This document shows positions 1 through 13,083 of a DNA stretch of 64,000 nt, piece after piece. The notes under the pieces were generated by a model, which did not search any database, was not told where the DNA came from, and saw nothing but the letters and a program-made list of their open reading frames with translations. This DNA is from Minutocellus sp. GHC0000111 (Eukaryota): contig OZ361257.1 of NCBI GenBank assembly GCA_977018835.1, positions 4,526,001 through 4,590,000 of the forward strand, read 5' to 3'. How positions within the stretch are numbered: position 1 is the first letter of the stretch; each line of letters begins with the position of its first letter. The position numbers and the translations under genes are program-made.

Positions 1-1
1 C

Positions 2-538
2 GATGCGGAGGTGACGGCACTGTTTGCACCGAATCAGCCCTGTGGACCATCGGTGACCCTCCTTCCCAGTATCACAGCTACAATCGATCACGACAGTACC
101 CAGGGATGTGTCGGGGAGGTCGTTACCACCTACGAGCAGGCTTGCGCAGCTAACAACGGCACGTCCATTCGAGTGGATCTCAAGGCAGACTGCAACGTGG
201 TGGGCATTTTGCCCTTTGGACTGCCCGCGCCCGTCAAATTTATCGGAAATGATTTGCACGTGTGTATTTCTGATGGGTGTGCGGCCTCAGAGCTGGAGAA
301 TATCGATAATGCCGCCGCAACCGACCTCCTCAATACATTCAAGGGCGATATCAGTGATGGGTTCGGTCTGGAAGGGCTAGACTTGGCATGCGGGGTACAG
401 AGCGTGGAGCCCATACAACTTCCAGAAGCTCAGACTGTCGTTGAAGAGAGCATGGTCTTGACGAACAGCACCACCAATACCACAGAGGTGGGGATGAATG
501 TGACAAATTCAACCGAGATGTCAGACGACATGGCGTAA
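2..538 (+). CDS. 3' part of a hypothetical, probably secreted protein (frame open from window start)
   Basis: Open frame from nt 2 to TAA at 536-538. Several Cys and N-glycosylation sequons (NST, NVT) near the C-terminus, followed by an AT-rich 3' region. Confidence 0.55.
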   Translation, partial: DAEVTALFAPNQPCGPSVTLLPSITATIDHDSTQGCVGEVVTTYEQACAANNGTSIRVDLKADCNVVGILPFGLPAPVKFIGNDLHVCISDGCAASELENIDNAAATDLLNTFKGDISDGFGLEGLDLACGVQSVEPIQLPEAQTVVEESMVLTNSTTNTTEVGMNVTNSTEMSDDMA

Positions 539-941
539 AGAAATAGAGCATAGCATTATCGTACTTGACATAGAGTATTTATCTAAAAGTATCTGATTAT
601 CTACTAATTTTTCACTGGATCTACTAATTATTCACTGGATCAAATGTAAAAACAAAGAAATGCAAGCCATTATTCTTGCTTTGCTCTTTGCAGAGCAGAA
701 AGCCCTACGTCCTTATGGATCGTAGTAAAGAGGCACCGATTACATATGGTACACGTAAGAGGCGTCGTGGCATATTCATTATTCATGTACAGGGGAAGGA
801 AGCAACCATGCAGTGGATAGAATTACTAACCACACGAGTAGCGAAGGACGTCATTCGCTACTTTGCCACATGTACATACGTTTAGTGGGCGGGCACATCT
901 CTACGAAGCTACGTAGAAGGACCGCATGTACGCATCAAACT

Positions 942-1340
942 CTAGCTACGTAGTTCGCGTCTCATCTCTAGTGTGAACAGTTTCTTCTTGATCTCGTCGT
1001 GACTTGTCAAGGATGGAGACGATCTTCTCATGGACAATCGTGGCGGTGCTGGTCCAGCACTCAACCGAGATAGGGATTGTGATGCGGACCCTAATGATGC
1101 GGACGTTGGCGAGGCGAGGACGAGCGGGAATCCATCGCTGGCGCCGCTGCGCGGTGCTAGTATTCTGTTTACGGATGGGGTGTCAAGACATGACGATTGC
1201 TCGGGAGCGAGGAAGGCAGACCGCCCGCAGCAGTCATTATTGTTGGCGACGGAGCGAGGAGACGAGGAATTCGATGAGGGGTTGTTGCCGTCGGTTGGTT
1301 GTACTGCGGTCGAAGCGGTAGGTTCGGTTTCAAAGAACAT
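942..1340 (-). CDS. possible short Ser/Pro-rich hypothetical protein
   Basis: 132-aa low-complexity ORF with no recognisable domain. Confidence 0.25.
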   Translation of the reverse strand: MFFETEPTASTAVQPTDGNNPSSNSSSPRSVANNNDCCGRSAFLAPEQSSCLDTPSVNRILAPRSGASDGFPLVLASPTSASLGSASQSLSRLSAGPAPPRLSMRRSSPSLTSHDEIKKKLFTLEMRRELRS

Positions 1341-2127
1341 AGCGGGCGGTGGGATTGTGAAGTGGCTGATAGGCTATCTTGGATTGTGGATTCGTACGTG
1401 GTCTCGAAGAAATTCCAATGATGACTTGTGAGAATGAACGCTTTTGGTGTGGCGGAATCGAACTCGATCGAGGGCGGAAGGTTATGGCTAATGTTGTGTG
1501 AGCTTTGTTATCAGTCTATTGATGATGGCGCGCTGTGTCACTTTGCGGGTATTGATTCTGCTTCACTTTCACTTCCTCCGCTTTCACTTTGCGGCTACTT
1601 TCCGTGCCAGGCTGGACATCCGCCTTGTCTTCGAAGAACGAGGATTGTGCCAGATGTTGGTCGTTCTCCGATCATGACTCGGACGTAAATATCAAAAATG
1701 CGGTCAAGATGCGGGCCAAGCGTGTTCTCCGAAAATGTCACATAGCCGCGTTGTCCAGCTCAAAGCTTCGAAGAGCCTCGTCGCGTCGGCACTTCGATTG
1801 GCATGCGGGGCGCACAGTCAGAACGGAGAACAGAAAAAACAACGGGATGTTGTGCCGCTTGCATGGATCGGCTTCTAGTGCCTCGACCTCATTATACCTT
1901 GAAAAAAAAACACCGCCACGCCTGCAAGTCAAGCAGACAGCCAGCCAAGATGCCAAGATGCTCCCGCCCGGTCCCGGCGCCATCGCAAGCGCCGTGCCTT
2001 CCAACGAGCTCATGAGCTGTGGCCAGGTCATTTGCGCATTGAACACTGCCCCCTTCTTGCGCTGAATGACGCCCGCAGCAACAAGTCTGGCCTTTCATTG
2101 CACTACTTTGCGCGGCATCTTTGAAAA

Positions 2128-5100
2128 ATGAGCGAGAGAACCAACACCGACACATCATGTGCCGCCTCTTCCAAAACCGCTTCGCATTCTTCGGCATCAG
2201 CACCAACTCCGCCACAGCAATCACAGCAACAACCAGCAACAGAGGAACCGCCAATTCTGTCACACCTCCTACTCCTTGATCCAATCCTGCAATTTCTCAC
2301 ACGTGCTACCGGCCAGTCGCTGATCTCTCTGGCGACGCTACGACGAACTCTGCCCAAGGACGGTCCGGCGGGTGACAAGGTTGGGAATGCCATCCGATCG
2401 ATCCCCGAGCTGGGCCGTAGAGGCATACTGCGGGTGGCGGTGCGGCAATGTCCGGCAGAGGGCGATGATGCGCCGCCTTGTCAGCCAAAGGACGAAGAAG
2501 ATGACGAGGCGCTGCAAAACAATTGCATATTTGACGAAGATGAAGTTTATAGGCGGTACGACTTGGCACTTAACATCTCCGGCGATGATCGACCCATGCA
2601 AACGAACGAGCCAGACCAGAACCAGCTGCTGGTAGGCTTCTTTCCCAAGCCGGGACATTTCAACGGAGAATTCATAGCGGCGGCGGCAGCTGCGGCTGCC
2701 AAGGGTTCCACCAAATCATCCGCCGATGGCAAAGGGCTGCACGGCGCTACCAAGACGGGCGCGAAGAAACGAATGGCGGCATTGCGGAAGAGTCTGAAGG
2801 CCGAGGAGAAGCAGAAGAAGAAGGAAAAACAAGCAGATAATACGACAATCAAGGCAAAGGCAAAGTCAAAGTCAGCAACAAAGAAGAGGCAAAGAAAAGC
2901 AGCAGGCGCCAATGCCACGGTGGAATCCAACGTTGAGCCGGGGAAAGCTTCGGCAGATGTAAGCAAAGATGATGTCAGCGAGGGCCACGTTGTGGCCAAT
3001 GATCCAGCTAACAGGCACAACGATAGTCCCGAGGCAAAGGACGCTCTCAATTGTTACCGAAATCTCATGGGGATCAAAGATACGAAGACGGGCGGTGATG
3101 GTAACAGCAAGGAACCGCTCATGCTGCCCGGTCAGACGGTATATGCCGGATGTAAGCCAGCTCGGGAGGTTCGATACGGCACTTTGTCGGAGGGAACTCG
3201 ACAGCTCATCCCTTCGGCATTGGCCGAGGCCCTGGGACTTGATATCGATCCAGAAGACGCTCCTGTCCACGCACAAAGTCAAACGCGGAGGCGACTGTAC
3301 TGTCACCAAGCCGCAGCGGTAGAATCCATCCTCAACGGCCACCATACCACCATTTGCACGGGCACTGGCTCGGGTAAAAGTCTCTGCTTCCTTCTGCCCG
3401 TGCTTTCAATGGTAATGAAGACCGACATTGATGCCGTCACCGCCTCGGCTTTTTCGTCTAGTAACGATGAAGTGGTTGGCGGGGCAGCGGCCATCATCAT
3501 GTTTCCGACGAAAGCTCTCGCTCAGGACCAATACACAAAGCTTATGGGTTTGATCAATTCTCATCCATTGCTTGTGGATCACATCCGAGTTGGCGTCATT
3601 GATGGTGACACACCGCATTCCAGCAGAGCCGATATCGTCAAGCACAGCAACATTATCCTGACAAACCCCGATACCATTCATGCAGCGATACTGCCCAACT
3701 GGAAGAGGACATATGCACCATTTCTGGCCAAGGTCCGACATGTTGTCATCGATGAATCACACATGTACGAGGGGGCGTTCGGCGGGCACGTGTCGCTGGT
3801 ATTGGCTAGACTTGTCCGGATTTGTGCAGCGGCCTTCTACAAGCGGTGCGATGATCTGACAGAGGAACAGAAGCCCATAACGTTCGTCGGTTGCTCCGCG
3901 ACAATTGGCCGACCGGAGGAGCACTTTCGTTTGCTTTGTCCAATTGCAGAGGACGATGTTGTCAAGCTTCTGAGCCCGGAGGACGACGGGTCTCCCTGTG
4001 ATAGTAAATATTTCTTCACCCATACGCCAGCTCTGCTCGATACCTCTGGCAAGAGTACTGGTAAACTTGTCATTCCAGTTACGAAGAAGAAGAAGGAATC
4101 AAGCGATGATGCAACTTCCCATAACCAAGGTCGAAAACGCAGAGGATCATCGAATCGAGGGGCAGATTTGCGAAGAGCGCCCATGCATAGAAGACATGCT
4201 GCTGATGAGACCGCTCGCTTGCTTGCCGCAGCGGTGAGGAATGGTATCAGATGCATAGCCTTCTGCAAGACGAGAGAAGTCTATGCGAGTGGGTGTACGA
4301 GCGGTGCATATCTGACCTTCGATCTACCGCTGCAGGTGGGAGTGACCTTTCTAAGAAGGTGGAATCATACCGGGGAGGATATTCCGCAGATGCAAGACGA
4401 AGCATTGAAAAAAGGCTCTTCAAGGAAGACCTACTCGCCGTCGTTGCTACTAGCGCACTCGAGCTGGGGGTCGATATCGGTGGTATTGATTCGACCCTGC
4501 ATTGTGGCTATCCTGGTTCTATCAGTTCGCTAATGCAGCAGGCGGGCAGAGCAGGGCGAGGCGGCAAACCTTCTGCATCGATCATGGTTTGCTTTTCGTC
4601 ACCGAGCGAGCAACACTTCTGGCGATTCCCGAAAACGCTATTGACCAGTGGGCTCGATGCCCCACCGGCAGTTCCAGTGAATGCTGGCCTTCTTCAGAAT
4701 CATTTGCTTTGTGCTGGCGAGGAATACTCACTCGTTGGGGAGAATTCTATTACTACTCTCCTCACAAGTGAGCGGCGGGAGCCCGTTCGAAGCCAGATTG
4801 TGGACCGGGATCTCTTTTCTGGTGCATTGTACGACGAATGCATCGAAAAGCTCTTGCAGGATCGTTTGATGACCGCTGGAAAGTCACGGTGACGGATTCG
4901 GAAGGAAAAGATGAAATCATCACAACATTTTCTACTCATCCCTCAGTTGACAGACCGTACTCTCGAGTTTCTTTGCGATCAATCGAGCCAATAGCATACC
5001 AAATTGTTGATCTCAACCACAACCTACAAGGTGGTCGAACAGATACCATCAACGAGAATGCGGTACTTGATACGATCCCCTATTCAAGAGTCTTCTATCA

Positions 5101-6197
5101 TGCCTTCCCTGGAGCTGTTATCATGCACCGAGGTCACCGCTACAAGGTCGAGGTGATGAATAACCCGCCCCCTTTTGCAGATTGTTCGATTGGCTATTGT
5201 CGTTCGTTGAAATTAGGTGCTTTTGCCAAGCAAACTAATGTAACTTATATGACCCAGGCCCTCGCCCTCACGCACATTACCGTTGTCAAGCAATTTGATC
5301 GAGTTGAGATCTTGCCCAAGGACGTCCAAAAGAGTGGAAAATCAAAAGAAGGCACTGACAATACCGATGATCTTTACACGCATCCCGAGCTCAATACAGG
5401 AGTAATCGCGGGTAACGGAGTCGTGACCGTCAAGAGGACTGTCCACGGATACAAACGTTTGAGCCCCGTCAATAGAGTTGAGATCTCTCGCCATGAGCTG
5501 AAAATGCCTTCAATGGAATACGATACAAATGCAATTTGGTTCGATTGCGAAGCCAGCCTTCTCGCCAGTGTCATGCCTGGTTTTGATGAGGGCGTATCAC
5601 GCCTTACTTGCCGTTGCGCCATTGTTTGTTCCCTGTACGAGTGCTGACGTTGATTGTGACCATAGCCGGCACGATGCTACAAGGATAATGTTGTTTGACA
5701 ATAGAGCCGGCGGTGCTGGTATAACGTCGCGTCTGTGGCGGCATTTCTTCCGACCGGATGGAATACTTTCCTCAGCTATTGAGCTATTGGAGCATTGCTC
5801 TACTTGCAGTGACGAGTCAGGTTTCAAGGGTGGATGCCCTGGCTGTATTCAGAGCGTTCCGTGCATAAATTTCCACGAAGATTTGTCTCGGCCTGCTGGT
5901 TTGCGCATCGCCCGCCGACTACTCAAGCGTGTACAACAGACTGCATTGTACAAGGAGAATGCCAAAGCATTGGAAAAGGAGAAAGAGGAAAATGCAAACG
6001 ACGACGAGACCAATGACACCAATGCAAGGACTTCAAGTGGAGCTACACCTGATCGTCCGACAAATGAAGTTACCGAAGACACTCCTCGCCGTCTAGCAAG
6101 GAAGCGGGCTCTTGAATTTGCAAAGGATTTGGAGTCAGCCAAAAAGAGGAGTGTTGTGGTCGGCCGGCCGTCGTGGCCTGCTGATGAACGTAATTAA
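2128..6197 (+). CDS. HRQ1: Hrq1/RecQ4-like DEAH-box helicase with C-terminal DUF1998 (MZB) Zn domain; frameshifted at ~4275, ~4880 and ~5597
   Basis: SF2 motifs TGTGSGKS, FPTKALAQDQ, DESH, SAT, ATSALELGVDIG and QQAGRAGR. C-terminal LFDNRAGGAG and CSTC..GCPGC..C. Spread over four overlapping ORFs (2128-4533, 4251-4892, 4838-5647, 5529-6197). Confidence 0.88.
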
Positions 6198-6925
6198 AGA
6201 TGCGAATGTAGCGTTTATGTACAAAGTAGAAAATTATCGTGCACGTGGTTACTTATATAGATGTATTAGATCTGCTAGTACCGTATATATAGACAGAGCT
6301 GCATGTAGATCTATGTGTAGAAGAACAGCGTTTGGCGGCACCGAAAGTGCTTGCTACTAGCACCGGTAACTGGTACGCACCCCTTTTGCCCCTTTTTCTT
6401 TCTCCCCTAATCTTCTTGCCCCCCAATCTGTTTCCTATGACCTGTTCCCGCCTAAACACAACACAATGGCCCTGGCACGACAACGTCACATGTGACATCG
6501 GCCCCTGAATGGCCCCAGATGACGATGAACGATACTTTGAGCGGCGTTGGAGCGGGCAATCATTCGCAGGCGAGGCAGAAACACGATCGATGCGTCGCGC
6601 GGAATTCTCCGGAAGCGGCAATGAAGCGCTGCTGCGCTGCGGTACTCTAGAAAGATGCGTATCAATTCATTCCGAGATGATTCAGACTTCATTCGAGAAA
6701 GTTGCATATCGAGAAAGTTGCATAATACCATTTATCGCTCGAGAAAGAAGGGAAGAAGAATTGAAGCACATCCTTCTTCGCTGATTTGCAGTATTTATCT
6801 TCCTTGCTGCACCACTCAAGACAAGATCACCGAGCAATTATTTACATAGCTCGAGAAAGAAGAAATAAAACACGTCTCTTTCTTCGTGATTTGCAATATC
6901 TAGACACAATCATCGAACAGCAGCA

Positions 6926-9367
6926 ATGATCGACTGGACCGCCCTCTCCTCCCAGCTCACCACGCCCGTTCAAGTCACCGACGTGAATCTGTGGCTGCAG
7001 CAGTGCGTCAAGCCCTTCGATTACGTCTCCCGGAGTGATGTCTCAGCCTCTCTCGGCGCCGTGTCCAACTACGAGCTCTTTGAGCAGTCGTCGGGCCTGT
7101 GCATGCAGAGCGCCTCGTGTGCCTTCACGAATTGCACCTCTGGACCCTTCCGTGATGCGTACGAACCCTTTGCCCCCCTGGGGAATTTGGCTTTCTACCA
7201 GAGCGTGCAGCTCGACCCAAACGGAGTCTTCCCCGTCCTTACCGACGAGGAAATCACCATGGCCGCATCTCTGTCGGAAGACAGTCAGCTCCCCGCCGCC
7301 GTCGTCCATCCCGAGCATCCCGGTGATGTCTCCGCGGCCGTGCGCTTCGCGGCCGACAATGGCCTCAAGGTTTCTGTCAAGACCAGTGGTAAGTGCATGC
7401 ATAGCGTAGGCCTACATTCGTGCTTGGTCATGGCTTGGTTGTGGCTGATTGCACCATGCATCACCGAATGGTACATATTTATTCGCTTTTCCTGTAACGC
7501 TCACACATACGTACATATTGTTTCCTTGCCCTACATGTACTTGAAATGAAATCCCTTCAGGTCACAACTGGATGGGATCGTCCACCCGCAAGGGCACTCT
7601 TCTCCTCAACCTCTCCAAGCTTCGCAAGTATGCCCTGCCCGAGTTGCCATCGGGCGGAATCTTCGAATGCAACACCGTCGGAGCCGGCGATGATGGCGGC
7701 ATCGTTGTGGTGGAGCCTCGCGTGGGCACCATGGACGAGGACATGTACTACTTCTCCGAGTCCGTGACCGCCGCCTGCAAGATTGCCCTTGCCCGGGGCA
7801 AGCCGGCCATCATGCGCGCTGGAGGAGGACAGATTGTCGACGAAGGACTCCGAGCCGTCGAGGAATGGAACAGCGATCCCTCTCGCCCCCCGTTTCACGC
7901 AATGACGGGAGCTGCCGGCACAGTCTCTCTCGCCGGGGGCTGGCTTGCTTCTGGCGGGTTGGGCGGTCCCCTAAATATGCGAAAGTATGGAGTCGGGTAA
8001 GTAAAATATTATGTGAAAAGGACACGGAGACCACCATGGATATCTTCCATCTAACAATGAATGATCTCACATCTTTGGCTTTCGGCCTTTCGTCGCCTTC
8101 CCGTTTTCAACACAGAGTCGACCAGGTCCTCTACGTCGAGATGGTGCTGCCGGATGGACAGTTTGTTCGTTTCGGCCCCTCGACCTGGACTCCCGCCGAA
8201 GGCAACCAGCTGTACCCCCAAACCACTTCCGTCAAGGGATACTGCATCGCCGAAGACACGGCCGACCTTTCCGATGAAAGCACTTGGTCTTGGGTCGATT
8301 GCACCGATCAGTATGGCTTCGATGACTTGTGGTTTGCCATCAGAGGAGGTGGTGGTGGGAGTTACGGTGTCATAACTTCGATTTACTACCAACTCCACGA
8401 CAAGCCGGGTAACATCCAGGGTGTATACTGGCCTGAGACCCTCTTTAGAATTGATCCATCGATGTCCAGCGAAGACAAGGACACAGTGATGATCGAAATG
8501 ATCAAATTCGTCTTCAACTTCCTCTACAACCCCGATAAAGTTGGTGTTTCCGTAGATGCGAGCAATAGTTGCAGCGCTCCTGATTCGCCAATCACACTCG
8601 ATTGCTACAACGGTGCTGGGCAGGCTTTCGTGGATGCATGGGATCAGTATTTTGGTGCTCTAGAAACTGCAAACATGATCAGTGGTGCCGTGCCTACCCC
8701 TCGGTTGGAAGAGTTTTCTTCGTACGCTGCAAGGGCTGCCCCTTCCCACTACAACGGCCGCGTCCAGGACGGTCCCAAGGGGGAGGTTCTTTTTGGTGGT
8801 GATACATGTAACGCCCTCGTGATTCCCATTGATGTGCTCAAAACCAAGTTTGACGCCTTCATGGACCTATATATCCCGTGCTTCTTTGATACTATTGAGG
8901 CTAGTTTTGCAGGTACGCCGGAAACTGCCTGTTTGACGCAGAACTTTACACCATACTTTTATGGCGGTGACATTCAGTTTGCCTCGGACGGCACAGATGC
9001 CTACCCTCCTCATCGTCGAAACGGGGCCTTGCACATGTACGTCCTGCATGAGGACGTCCGCGAGCAATTCAAGAAATTGATCTGGGATGTCGAAGAAAAT
9101 GCCGAGACTTACTCCAATGGTGACTTCCCTGGCGTCTTTTGCCACAATCATCTTTTTTACACTACCTCTCCGAAGAAATCCAATTGGCTGGAGGATTGCA
9201 ACGGTTCAACCCCGGACGGATCTGGAACTCCTCTCACCGACGATGATTGCATGAGTCTCCAAGAAGCCGCCTTTGGCACCGAGACCCTCCGTCGTCTTGA
9301 AAAGATCCATTCGAAGATAGACCCATTGCGCATGTTCCAGACTTTCGGATGGTCCTGGATATGCTGA
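6926..9367 (+). CDS. FAD-linked oxidase (berberine-bridge-enzyme / VAO family); introns 7389-7560 and 7997-8115
   Basis: Spliced KTSG|HNWMG (covalent-FAD His motif), GTVSLAGGWLASGG, YGVG|VDQVLYVEMVLPDG, DLWFAIRGGGGGSYGVITS and C-terminal RRLEKIHSKIDPLRMF. Both introns have GTAAGT donors and CAG acceptors. Confidence 0.88.
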
Positions 9368-9657
9368 TGAGGGAGATACCTCAAGTGCTGGAATCTACCT
9401 CACCATTATCTCTTTTTTCGTTACTCTTTCGACTACCTTGATTTTGGTTTGAGTTGGGGCAGTCAGATTCTAAGATCCCCCAAATTATGTTATTTTAAAC
9501 TTTTACGTATAAATTAAATTAATCTTGTGGAACGTTTGTGCGTAAGTTATGTAAATTTAAGTGATGGGATAAGGGTTACTATACACCTATGTCTGCAACC
9601 CTCCATCATTGATAAAGCTGGAGCAAAATATAATATTTTGGTCTAGAAAGAAATTGT

Positions 9658-11598
9658 TTAGTAGCCGCCGTTGGTGTACTCATTGACGTCACCATCGGTG
9701 AAATACACGTGCTCAGGCTTGACGGGCTTCATCGGCCGGCCGTTATCACCAGGACTCCAGCTCATGATCTCCATGCACCAGTTGTAAATCTAATTGAGTT
9801 TTGGAAGGGGATGAAAAGAAAAAATATAAGCCAAAGAACAACGGACAAGAAACGACGATTAGCATCTCAAGCCTCCAACGAACAACGGACAAAAAACGAC
9901 GATTAACACCCGAAGCCTTTAGCTCGCAACATGTTCGAAAATGTCCAACTCACCTTATCGCAGAAGGCCTGCATGGGCAGGACCGTGAAGGGCTCCTCAA
10001 GCTGAGTGCCAATCTCCTCAATACCGAAAAGCATGGTCGAGATAACGAACACGGAGGGGATGAGGGCGGTGTGGTTCCACGACGAAGAGAAGGCGTCGTA
10101 CATACCGAGGGGCAGGAGAAGCAACCAGATGGCGAGGAATCGAGCCAAGTGGCGCGAATAGAAGAGAGGAACGGGACTGGTCAACAACCGCTCAGAACTT
10201 CCCAAGTTGTCCTCGAAGATGGTAACGGCACTGTGAACCTCATTCTTTCGCAGAAAGTGCATGGGCAGATCGTTGATGGCAGAACTCAAGTCCTGAAGGG
10301 CACGGTTGGGACGGTGGGCGGCAGCGATAATCTTCTCCGCCTGCTGGGCGGGAAGCTTCTCATACAGCTCGGCACGGAACTCGGCCTCATCCTCCTCTTC
10401 GGGGCTGAGATGACGCTTCATGGCACGAACAAAGGCCCAAGTGCAAAGAGCGACGTGGTTGAGATCATCGGCACGCTTTTCGGGGGTGGCACTCGTGGTG
10501 TCATAGAAGGTGTTGGCCATGCGAACAAGATCGCGGGTGTGGTTGATGTTCATACCCCAGTTCTTACGGGCCTCGTCCCAGCGCTTGTAAGACGAGTTGG
10601 TACGGAAGACGAGGAGAAGACCAAGGGAGGGGCTGGTCACGGTGAAGACGTTGAGGGGAAGGGCGAGCTTGGGAAGGAACTCGATAAGTCCAGAATGCTT
10701 GACCCCGTCAAGGTCGGTGTATCCATGGGTGATGCCGTTGTACACAACGACCATGGTGGCAATGAAAGTAACGAGACTGACCTCACGGAAGAGGTTTTTG
10801 TAAACACCGGAACTGAAGATGGCGGCTTGGTAGTAGAAGAAACGATCCTGTGATCGGTGCTTCTTCCAATCATCGTGAGTGTACACCGTACGACGATACT
10901 TGCGCTGCTCCTCACCATCGGGGAGATTGGTAATGTCTTTCACGTCACGGAAGGAGTCAAAGCCTGTTGGCGGTGATTTGAGAAGAAAAGGTAATGGAAG
11001 AGATATGAGAAAAATAGCTGACGAGCGCGGTATCGGAAGTAACGTGGGCCAACTGAGCGGGATGGATCATCATAGATTGACGTCTGGGCAACAGCAAAGC
11101 TCCAAGGCACATCGTCGTAAAGGCGTCTCCTTCGCTTCAATGAATTGGCCATCCGCAATCCAATCAAGTCCGATGTATCCATTACCGCGCGCTCAGCGGA
11201 CTGCGCACATTTCCCCATGCTGCCTGCTTTGTCGCTGCTCGGGCCTGAACATTCAGGGACGGGATCTTCAATCCATTGCACCCAAACGCACCAAACATCA
11301 ATATAACTTGAAGCGCATTCCTTCATGCCTGTATTTCTTGCCGCTGCTCCGCCGACGAATCAAAATGGCACAAAACCCAACGCGCGCCATACCATTCAAC
11401 GGAACCAATCCGACTTTGAATCTGCTTCCACTCTTGTGAAATTAAATGACTCGAACAGCACCCACTGCTAAAAAACTCACCGGTGGGGGCAATGTCGTTG
11501 TTGAGCTTGGTCACCGACTTGACGTTGGGCTGGGGCGCAAAGCCCTCCACGGTACTCAGGGCCAATGCGGCCAGGAGGCATGTTCGTCGGGAGATCAT
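9658..11598 (-). CDS. plastid-targeted bestrophin-like anion channel (UPF0187/VCCN/BST type); exons 11598-11481, 10963-9954, 9789-9658
   Basis: Signal peptide with VEG-FAP cleavage motif. Family motifs LGLLLVFRTNSSYKRWDEARKNWG, ERLLTSPVPLFYSRH and GIEEIGTQLEEPF. GTGAGT donors join the exons in frame. Confidence 0.92.
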
Positions 11599-11960
11599 GA
11601 TTGGAAAAAAATGTATGTGCTGCAAAATTTGAAAATCGAACACAAGATGTGCCACAAAAAGACACCACCCGTTCTAAGCAGCGAGGCAGGTATTATCGGA
11701 TATCTAATGCTCAATTGGTACCAACGGTCCAAGGAACAAGCAAGGATATGGTAACACCCAACGCCGATCCAGGAATTCCCAGCACTTCATTTACCAGATT
11801 TCCCGGTGATGCTACGTCAGTGGACTGGAATACGGAAACTTGTGATGGAAAATATCATAACTAATTCCGTATTCATTCTCAAACGGGATTTTAACCGTCT
11901 GTCCGTCTCCTTGCCATCATTGTTCGTTTCATTTTCCAAGGAAGCAAACCAAACGCAACC

Positions 11961-12979
11961 ATGGACGACCTCAAGGCGAAGCACAAGAAGGAGCTCAAGG
12001 CCCTCGACGGAGAGAAGCGCAACCAGCTCAAGAAGACTAAGGCAACGGCCGGGAAGGGCAAGGAGGCCCTCGCGGCGTGAGTATCTTGTGCTAATTTGCA
12101 TGCTTCAAAAAGTATGGCACGCCATGTTATGTGCTCGCGGTGGTAGACATGTGCTGGCAACACTTTACTGCTCGGATTCTCATCCATGTGTCATGCATTT
12201 CGTTTGTTCCGCACAGCGTCGAGGCCGAGTTTGCCGCAAAGGAAAAGGAAATGGCCGAGCGCCACGCGGCTGAAATTGCTGCGTTGGAGAGCGGAGGAGG
12301 CTCCGAGGATGCGGCCGAAGAAGCGGATGCAACTGCGGCCGAAGACGAACCAACCCCAGCCGCCGCCGCCGCTGCACCAGCCCCCGCACCAGTTGAAGAA
12401 ACCGAAGAAGAAAAGCGACGCAAGAAGCAAGAAAAGGCCCGAAAGAAGAAACTCGAAAAGAAGCAAAGGCAGCTCGAGGCCGAAAAGAAGCGCGAGGAGG
12501 AAATCGAAGCCGAACGACTCGCCGCCGGTCCATCGGCCAAGGAATTGGAAATCAAACGCATGGAAGAGCTGTACCTCAAACCGGCCGGGCTCAAGATTCG
12601 CGACGTGGCCGCCGATGGCAACTGTCTGTACCGTGCCGTGGCCGAGCAGGTGGACAACGCGGAGGATTACCGGGCCGTCCGATCCATCTGTGCCGATGCC
12701 CTGTTGGAGCATGAGGAGGAGTATGCACCCTTTGCCGAGAGTCATGATCATGGATCGTACGTCAACTATGTCGAGCGGGTACGCAGCTCAACCGATTGGG
12801 GTGGTCACCTGGAGCTTCGGGCGTTGGCCACGGCCCTCAAACGACCGGTCGTTGTTTATAGCGCAGATGCGGCGCCAATGAAGATGGGTGAGGAGGAGGA
12901 CGGGGACGACATTTTGGTCAGCTACCACCGCCATTACTATGCCCTCGGCGAGCATTACAACTCGGTCACAAAGGCATAA
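11961..12979 (+). CDS. OTU-domain deubiquitinase (OTUD6B/Otu2-like); intron 12077-12216
   Basis: N-terminal charged coiled coil (KAKHKKELKAL). Catalytic box DGNCLYRAVA, then WGGHLEL and SYHRHYYALGEHYNS. Confidence 0.92.
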
Positions 12980-13083
12980 CTAATTGCATAAGATAAACAT
13001 ATAAAGGACTGTCGTTGGTCGATATACATCTCTAGCTAAAATATGAAATGTCTAATGTACAAGGAATCCCGTGAGTCTCGACT

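Noticed and set aside
2128..6197. DISARM DrmB/prokaryotic defence helicase (DUF1998)
   Set aside because: Long eukaryote-style low-complexity N-terminus, intron-containing neighbours and no partner genes; Hrq1 is the simpler call.
9801..10853. 350-aa plus-strand ORF
   Set aside because: Antisense shadow of the bestrophin-like gene.
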